DNA of 64,000 nucleotides from positions 6,418 through 70,417 of the forward strand of contig JBIKRQ010000001.1 in the NCBI GenBank assembly GCA_044349155.1, written 5' to 3'. A model generated the notes under the pieces. It was not told the DNA's origin. It saw only the letters and a program-made list of their open reading frames with translations, and ran no database searches. The stretch comes from Myxococcota bacterium. Lineage in GTDB: Bacteria; Myxococcota; UBA727; VGSZ01. The position numbers and the translations under genes are program-made. Positions 53,739 through 61,600 of the stretch are shown in pieces (position 1 is the first letter of the stretch; each line of letters opens with the position of its first letter).

Positions 53739-54935
53739 ATGCTTGGAATCTTGTTGCTACACTTCAATCTCGCGGCGCAAGTCGTCCTCGTCGGCGGCAG
53801 CACCGGTGCAGATGGTGTTCTGAATAAGGACTATCTTGACGTGCACGACACCGATGGTCAATTTGGGAGCCCATATCTCCTCACGGTCCCGGCGGGTGGG
53901 CGATTTGAGTTTTCTACGATCAACATTCCAGCGAATGTCACTGTCGGGTTTAAAAGCAATGCAATGAATGACCCTGTCTATCTGCTGGCAACAGGCGATG
54001 TCACGATCGCAGGTCTCGTCCATGTCGACGGGCAACGGGGTCAAACCTCGGCCGGCGGGCGCGGTGGGCCTGGTGGCTACGATGGCGGCGAACCAGGTTT
54101 CGGCGCCACGCCCGGTGACGGCCACGGCCCTGGAGGCGGCCATTTCACTCCGGTAGCCGTTGAGGACAACAACTCACGAAGGGCCCTTTGGTCTGGCAGC
54201 TACTCGGCCGTCGGCCCCGACGGGACGGGTTGGGGTAGAAAGGGCACCGGATCCATCTATGGAAATCCATCATGCTTCCCCCTGACAGGTGGGTCGGGGG
54301 GAGCCGGTGGCTTCAATCAAGGCGGCGGTGGTGGTGGTGGTGGCGCGATCTTGATTGGGTCTGAAGGCAAGATTTCCATCTCGGGAGCTGTGCGCTCACT
54401 TGGCGGTATCTACCCGAACCAGCTGACAGCAGGTAGTGCCTCGGGCGGGTGCGTTCGGATCGTCGCACCGGCCGTGATTGTAACGGGCACGTTGGAGGCA
54501 ACCAGTGTGTTGCCAGGCGTCGACGGAACCGAGTACGGCGGTCGGGGCTTTGTCCGTATTGATACCATTGACCGCTCGGGTCTCGCTGGCATCTCCACCC
54601 CAAGATACAGCGTTGGATCTAATATGGTTGTGCGACTCCAAAGTATGCCACAAATTAGTACAATTTCGGCGGCTGGCCGCACCGTCATCAATGGTGAGAA
54701 GCTCTTCGTGACACTCACCAACGGCGAGCCCGCGCTGCAGGATGTTGTCGTCGAGGTCGCCAACTTCCCCGGGGCACCTGCCTGCGTGAACCTCAACGTC
54801 ATCACCGTGCCCGGCAGCGGCGCGGCCACGAAGACCTCGTTCCCCGCGAAGCCCAACGGCACCCACACGTTGTCCGTGAACATTCCGCAGAACACGGCGA
54901 CGTCGATCGAAGTCTACGGCACGGTGTGCCCGTGA
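53739..54935 (+). CDS. glycine-rich secreted protein, probable beta-helix fold (398 aa)
   Basis: Strong SD AGGAGA 5 nt upstream of the ATG. Signal peptide MLGILLLHFNLAAQVVLVGGSTG. Gly runs (GGRGGPGGYDGGEPG, GGGGGGGGAILIG) alternate with short hydrophobic rungs. The 5' half is ~50-55% GC, markedly below local background. Confidence 0.6.
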   Translation: MLGILLLHFNLAAQVVLVGGSTGADGVLNKDYLDVHDTDGQFGSPYLLTVPAGGRFEFSTINIPANVTVGFKSNAMNDPVYLLATGDVTIAGLVHVDGQRGQTSAGGRGGPGGYDGGEPGFGATPGDGHGPGGGHFTPVAVEDNNSRRALWSGSYSAVGPDGTGWGRKGTGSIYGNPSCFPLTGGSGGAGGFNQGGGGGGGGAILIGSEGKISISGAVRSLGGIYPNQLTAGSASGGCVRIVAPAVIVTGTLEATSVLPGVDGTEYGGRGFVRIDTIDRSGLAGISTPRYSVGSNMVVRLQSMPQISTISAAGRTVINGEKLFVTLTNGEPALQDVVVEVANFPGAPACVNLNVITVPGSGAATKTSFPAKPNGTHTLSVNIPQNTATSIEVYGTVCP

Positions 54936-55657
54936 AACGAGCGGCGCTGCTCGCCCTGCTGGCCGCGGTGGGCTGCTCGGGTTCGGGCGGTCCGAACGTC
55001 GCCGGCACGCCTGTCACCCCGGCAGACCTCGCCCTCGCCGAGGGCGCTTCGGCGCGCGCGTCCCTCGTCGACGACCTGCTGCTGCTCCGCCACGCCAAAG
55101 ACACCGACGCGCTTACCGACCCCGAGCTGCAGGCCCGCCTGCACCGTGCTGAACGCCAGCTCGTTGCCCAGCACGTCACCGACACGCTCGGCAAAGACCT
55201 CGACGACGCCACGCTCCGCAAGGCCTTCGAGAGCGAGCGCGCCTCGCTCACCAAGCGTCGCATCCATGTCGCCCACATCGTGCTGCCCGTGGGCAACGAC
55301 GGCGAACTCGTGCTGGCGCGCCTGCGCAGCGGGGCAGCCTTCGCCGACATCGCCCGCGAGGTCTCGCTCGACGGGGCCACGGCCGAGCGCGGCGGCGAGC
55401 TGCCCGAATTGCTCGAGGGGCAGGTCGACCCGGCGTTCTTCGAGGCCGCCGCGGCCCTCAAGGTCGGCGAGGTCAGCAACGTCGTCGTGGTGGGGCCACA
55501 ACGACACATCATCACAGCACTCGCGGAGGCCGACACCGCGACGCCAACTTTCGAAGCAGCCAAAGACGCTCTGCGCGCGCGGCTGCACCAGCAACGTCGA
55601 GCCGAGCTGCTGACGACGCTGCGTGAGCGCTACGGTGTGAAGGCGGGGGATTTGTGA
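54926..55657 (+). CDS. parvulin-type peptidyl-prolyl cis-trans isomerase lipoprotein, copy 2
   Basis: GTG start (54926, or 54932 giving MKRAALLALLAAVGCSGS with a lipobox). The parvulin-like core is KRRIHVAHIVL...VGEVSNVVVVGPQRHIITAL. It overlaps the preceding gene's stop, and its own stop overlaps the GTG start of the next giant gene (GTGA). Confidence 0.6.
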   Translation: MPVKRAALLALLAAVGCSGSGGPNVAGTPVTPADLALAEGASARASLVDDLLLLRHAKDTDALTDPELQARLHRAERQLVAQHVTDTLGKDLDDATLRKAFESERASLTKRRIHVAHIVLPVGNDGELVLARLRSGAAFADIAREVSLDGATAERGGELPELLEGQVDPAFFEAAAALKVGEVSNVVVVGPQRHIITALAEADTATPTFEAAKDALRARLHQQRRAELLTTLRERYGVKAGDL

Positions 55658-58600
55658 ACCGGTACGTGCTCCTGGTGGTGGTCGCATTGTTGGCAGGCTC
55701 GCGCGTCGAGGCTGCCGCGAACCCGTGTGTGCCCAACAACACCGCGCCGGCGTGCGATCGCGACGCCGACGGCCTGACCAACGCGCAGGAAGCCACGTTC
55801 GGTACGAACCCGGTCGTCGCCGACACCGACGGCGACGGCGTCAAAGACGGGGTCGAGGCCTGGAGCGACAACGACGGCGACGGCAAGAACAACGCAATCG
55901 AATCAAAGATCCTCGACGCTGACGGCGACACCACCGCCGACCAGTTCGACGCCGCCGACGCCAACCCATGCGCGCCTGCGCTGTCGGCACCCACCTGCGA
56001 TCGCGACAACGATGGGCTCACCAACGCACGCGAACTCACCTTCGGCACCAGCAGCACCAATCCCGACACCGACGGCGACGGCGAGCGCGACGGGATTGAA
56101 GCTCCGCTCGATACCGATGGCGACGGCAAAAACGACGCCCGCGAATCGTCGCTGCTCGACGCCGACAGCGACGGCGTGGCCGACGAGACCGACCCGCAAA
56201 ACACCAACGCCTGCGTGCCCTCAAACCGCGCTGGCACCTGCGACGCCGACGGCGACGGCCTCACGAACGCGCGCGAAGCCACCTACGGCACAAACCCCGA
56301 CAACGTCGACACCGACGGCGACGGCCAGCCCGATGGCTGGGAGGCCGCCAGCGACGACGACCAGGACGGCAAGAACAACGCCCTCGAGAGCCGCACGAGT
56401 GACGTCGACGGCGACGGCACTCCCGATCAATGGGACGCTGCCGATGCTGACGCCTGCTTCCCTGACGCGATCTCGTCGCCGACATGCGATGTCGACCTGG
56501 ATGGCCTCACGTGGCTGCAAGAGCAGACCTTCGGCACAAACCCCACGCTCGCCGATACCGACGCCGACGCCGAACTCGACGGCCTCGAAGCCGCCCTCGA
56601 CACCGACCACGACGGCATCAACGACGCGCTCGAGTCCTCGATGGTCGACGCCGACCAGGACGGCCTGAGTGCCGAGGCCGAGCTCGACGACGGCGATGCC
56701 TGCCACCCCTTCGACCTCGCGGGCACCTGCGACTTCGACATGGACAGCCTCACCAACGCCGAAGAAGCCCACTTCGGCACCGACCCCAGAAACCACGACA
56801 CCGACGGCGATGGCGGCTGGGACGGCGATGTGGGCGAAGCGTTCTCCGACGACGACACCGACGGCATCAATGGTGCCCTTGAGTCCGACGACGTCGACAC
56901 CGATGGCGACCTGTACGTCGACGAATACGACCACGACAACGTCGACCCCTGCGTGCCCGATGCTGGATCACTTGCATGCCTCACCCTGCGCGCCGACACC
57001 GACAACGACGGCCTCACCGACGCGCGCGAGGTGCAGCTCGGCACCGATCCCGCCCGCGCCGACACCGACGACGACGGCCTGGGCGACGCGTACGAAGTCA
57101 CCACTGCGGCCTCGCCCCCCGACCACGATGGCGATGGCCTGATCGACGCGCGCGATCCCGACGACGACAACGACGGCGTGCTCACGAGTGCGGAGCGCGG
57201 CCCCGACCCGCTGTCACCGCGCGACAGCAACGGCGACGGCGTGCTCGACCACCTCGACCCCTGCTTCCCGACGGCGTGCGCAGAACCACTGCAGCCGCTG
57301 GCGTGCGCGGGCTTTGGCGACGTGTGCGAGCAGTGCCTCACCGCCGAGCTCGATGCCGAAATCACCAGCGCCGCTGGTGCCGAAGCCGGCCGCACCGACG
57401 CCGTGCAGTGCTTGTGCCGCGACGCGCGTTTCGTCGTGCCACACACCTTCGGCGCCACCGCACCCGTCGCTGCGGGTTCCGAAGCATCGCTGCAGTTCGA
57501 CAACGGCAACACCCTCACGCGCTGCACGTACCGCGCGGCCGACGACGTGTTCGCGTTCGTGTCGTGCCTGAGCACCGCCCCGGGAGCGATCGCCGCCGGC
57601 GACGAAGTGCCTGCCGACGCCGTGGGCCTGCGCATCGTCGATGCGCCCACCACAACCACCGTGGGCCTGGCCCTCGTCGACGCCCTCGCCCCGCCACCCA
57701 CGCTCGCGTTGTCGGTGCAGAACCCCGCGGGCGCTGTGGCCGACGGCAGCATCGTGCAAGGCCCCGTCACCGTCGCGTTGTCGACGAGCGGCGAAGATGT
57801 CTCGACGTTCTCGCTCAATGGCGAGCCGTTTGCGGGCGGCACCATCAGTGCCGAGGGCACGTGGTTGCTCAAGGCGAAAGCTGGTTGCGGCGCCACCGTC
57901 GTCGACGCGACGCATGCCTTCACCATCGACAACACCGCCCCAACAATTGAGATCACGGGCGCTGTCGACGGCGAGATCCGTCGCACCGCTGCCACGATTA
58001 CCATCGCCGCGACTGACGCATCAGCCGTGGTGCTCGAGGCCAGCATCGACGCCGAGCTCGCGGGCACCTCCACCGTCGTCGACACCGACGGCGCGCACAC
58101 CGTGATCGCCACCGCGACCGACGCCGCGGGCAACGTCACCACACGCACCCTGCACTTCACGCTCGACCAGACAGCGCCCACCATCGATGTCATCGCGCCG
58201 CTCGGCGGCAACGTCAGCAGCGCCACCGTCGACGTCAACGTCATCGCCACCGACGCGTTTGGCATCGCCGACGTGAGCGTGTCGGGCACCTCGTTGTTGC
58301 GGAGCGACAACGACCACTACCGCGGCACGGTCACGCTGGTCGCCGGCGACAACCTGCTGACCTTCGACGCCGTCGACGTCGCGGGCCACCACACCACCGC
58401 CGTTCGTCACGTCTTCTTCACCGCGGGTGGTGAAGGTGAAGGCGAGGGCGAGGGCGAAGGTGAAGGCGAGGGCGAGGGCGAGGGTGAAGGCGAAGGCGAA
58501 GGCGAAGGCGAAGGTGAGGGCGAAGGCGAAGGTGAAGGCGAAGGTGAAGGAGAGGGCGAAGGTGAAGGTGAGGGCGAAGGCGAAGGCGAAGGTGAGGGCG

Positions 58601-61600
58601 AAGGCGAAGGTGAAGGTGAGGGCGAAGGACAGCTCCTCGTCTCGCTGAGCAGCCCAGCAGCGTCGTCGATTGTCGCCGATGCCACCATCACGGTCAGCGG
58701 TGCGATCAGCGGCGGTCGTGCGCCCTACACGGCGACCATCAACGGCTTGCCTGCCACCGTCGTGGGCAGGGGCTTTCAGCTCACGTTTGCACCGCCCGAG
58801 GGCCCACTGCATCTCGACGTCGAGGTGCGCAGCGGCACCGACACGGCCTCCGCCACGCGCGACCTCACCATCGACCGCACAGCACCCTCCGTCGAGGTCA
58901 CGAGCCCGATCGAGGGCGTTGTCGTGCAGAGCAATGTGCTGCTGGTCAACGCCACCGTGGGCGACTTGCATCTCGAGCGCGTGACGGTGAACGGTGACGA
59001 CGTCGTCGTGGTCGCCGGCACCGTCGCGCAGCAGGTGCTGTTGGTCCCGGGGCTCAACACCATCACGGTGCGCGCCGTCGATGTCGCCCACAACGTCACG
59101 CTCGTCGAGCGCCATGTGGTCTTCAGTCCGGTGCCGCCGCGCGTGCAGATCGTGGCACCCGCCCCCGATGCCACGCTGTACACCACGCCAACGCGCGTGC
59201 GCGCCACGGTGTCGTCGTCGTCGCCCATCGCCACAGTCACCATGAACGGTGTGGCCGCCGACAATGCTGGTGGTGTGTACGAGGCCGACGTTCCTCTCGT
59301 CGCGGGCAGCAACACCATCACCTTCGTCGCCACCGACAGCCTGGGCGCCCAAACCACGGCCACCACCACGGTCAGCTACGTCGATGGCAGCACCCAGCCC
59401 CTCACGGTGTCGCTGCTGTCGCCCGACGTCGACGCCGCCGACGTCGAGCCCGACACGTTGATCAGCCTCGGCTTCAGCAAGCCGGTCCTGTCGTCGTCGG
59501 TGGCCAGCGCTGTGCGCCTGTTGGTCAACGGCAACGCGGTTGATTTCAGCGTGTCGACGTCGCCCGACGGCTTGATGGCGTCGCTCATCCCGCAGCGTCC
59601 GCTCAGCGAGAAGGCGCGCGTCGTCGTGCGCGTCAGCGGGCTCGAGAGTGAAACCCCGCCGTCGCAGCAGGGTGGCTTCGAGGGCACGTTCACAGTGCGC
59701 GCGCCGCTCACCGGTGTGGTGGGCGTGGTGCTCGACGAAGACCTCCGGCCCGTGGTGGGCGCGCGCGTCGTCATCGAGGGCACAAGCCACACCGCGGTGA
59801 CGGGTTCTGACGGCCACTGGGGTGTGCTCGACCTCGAGGCCAACGCCTATCGTCTGCACATCTCGGCACCGGGCGAGGAGCAGCCGCTCACGGCGTTCCG
59901 TCCGCAGATCGTTGTCGAGCCCGAGCAGGTGAACACGGTTGGCCCGCACATCCTGCAGGTCATCGATCGCAGCTCAGCCGTGTTTGTCGACGCCACCGAG
60001 CCGCTCAACGCCAGCTTCGGCGGCGCGAGTGTGGGCTTCGGCGTGCACCAAACCGAGCCCCTCGGCATCGCCTTCACCGACGGCAGCACGCGCGGCCAGC
60101 TCACGGTCACAAAGGTGCCAACGCACTCGTTGCCACACGCCATCGACGGGCGCATCGGTTCGCCAGTGCTGTGGAGTGTGCAGCCGCAGGGCACGCAGTT
60201 CACAAAGCCCAGCACGCTGCACTTCCCGAACACCAGCGGTCTCGCGGCGGGTCACGTGGTGATTGTCTACGCCCTCGACGACGCCAGCGCGCGCATCGTG
60301 CCGCGTGTGTTGGCGCGCGTGAGTGCCGACGCGAGTCACATCGTCGCCGACAAGCCCATCACGGGCGTGCTCGACATCGTGGGCTACCAGCCGCTCACCA
60401 CCGAGCAAGAGCAGCAGGTGTTGGGCACAGCACCGGGCACGCAGGGCGCCTGGCTCGACGACGTGCGCAACGCCGTGCTGCCAAGTGCCCACGCACAGTT
60501 CCTCAACGGTCTCGACTTCACGATGCCGTCGCCACCATCGCCAACGCCCACAGCACTCACGGGCAGGGTGAAATACATCTCGCGCACAGCAGGCCAGGCG
60601 GGCGAGACGGGCATCGGAATTCCGAACGTCCTCGTCTCGGACGTGAACGACGATTCGCGCATCACGGGCCCGACGGGTGGCTTCGGCTTCGTCGTCAACC
60701 TCACCGGTCAGCTCACCGAAATCGTGACCGCGGAAATTGCCCTCGGCACGTTCCCGGTCGCGCACGTCGACGCCGAGGGCCGTCGCCGCATCGTCATGGT
60801 GCAGAGCCGCTTGTACGCGCGCTCACCGGTGTTCGACATGTTGCCGGGCGCCGTGTTCAACACGAGCGTTCTCGTCGACGCGCAGGTGTTGCGCGGCAAG
60901 GTCACCTTCGTCGACCACGAAGGCAAAGTGCTGCCACCGATCGTCACCGGCGGCGAGACCGCGCGCGACGAGCAGGGCGAGCTCACGGCCATCTCGAGTG
61001 CCGACGCTTCAACAACGGAAGTCCACTTCTTCAAAGCCGACGACCACACCCGCGCGATTGCGAAGTACTCGATCGTTGCCCCCGTCGTGGGCTCGACGAC
61101 AACCCATGGTTCTTACGCCCGTTTGCGCTTCGGGCCGCGCGACCTGGCGAAGGCCGAACGCGTGCGCGCCGGCATCGGCGATGCGCGTGTGATTCGCGAG
61201 GGTGACGAGGTCATGGTCTTCGCCATCAACCACGCCACCGGCTACGCGGGCATGACGACTGTGAAGGTGCCCGACTACGGCAACGAGGCGGCGCGTATCA
61301 CCGACATCGTCGAGATCGTGGGCGACATCAAGCTCTTCCCGCCCGAGATCGAAGTGGCCGTCGAACGTCAGTTCACCGCGCAAGGCGTGAAGTCGACGTT
61401 GCCGCCGTCGAAGGTTCGGCAAGGCGGGCTTGCAACACGTCAAGATGATTGGCTCAAGGTCGCGACGCGTTGGCGCGTGCGGCTCGCACCGGCAGTTGAA
61501 GATGACCTCGTCGATGGCGGGCTGCGCGGCCCGCTCGATCCGCGCATTGATGCCGGTGTGCTGACCACCGAGGTTCGCACCGATGCCGGCGAACCAACGG

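Noticed and set aside
56427-58310. 627-aa minus-strand ORF, plus the plus-strand ORFs 56012..56668, 56976..57950 and 57641..58105
   Set aside because: These are antisense or out-of-frame shadows of the second giant CDS. That CDS was verified by hand as frame 1 from 55654 to 64000. The shadows are Ser/Thr/Ala/Arg-rich junk.
58429-58629. CRISPR array?
   Set aside because: The unit is 6 nt with no spacers and lies in-frame inside a CDS. It is a coding microsatellite. No CRISPR-like repeat-spacer structure was seen anywhere in the window.
58427-58648. ORF encoding (KVKA)n, and minus ORF 58407..58691 encoding (PS)n
   Set aside because: These are alternative frames of the (GGYGAR)n microsatellite. 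The real frame reads (GE)n within a long verified CDS.
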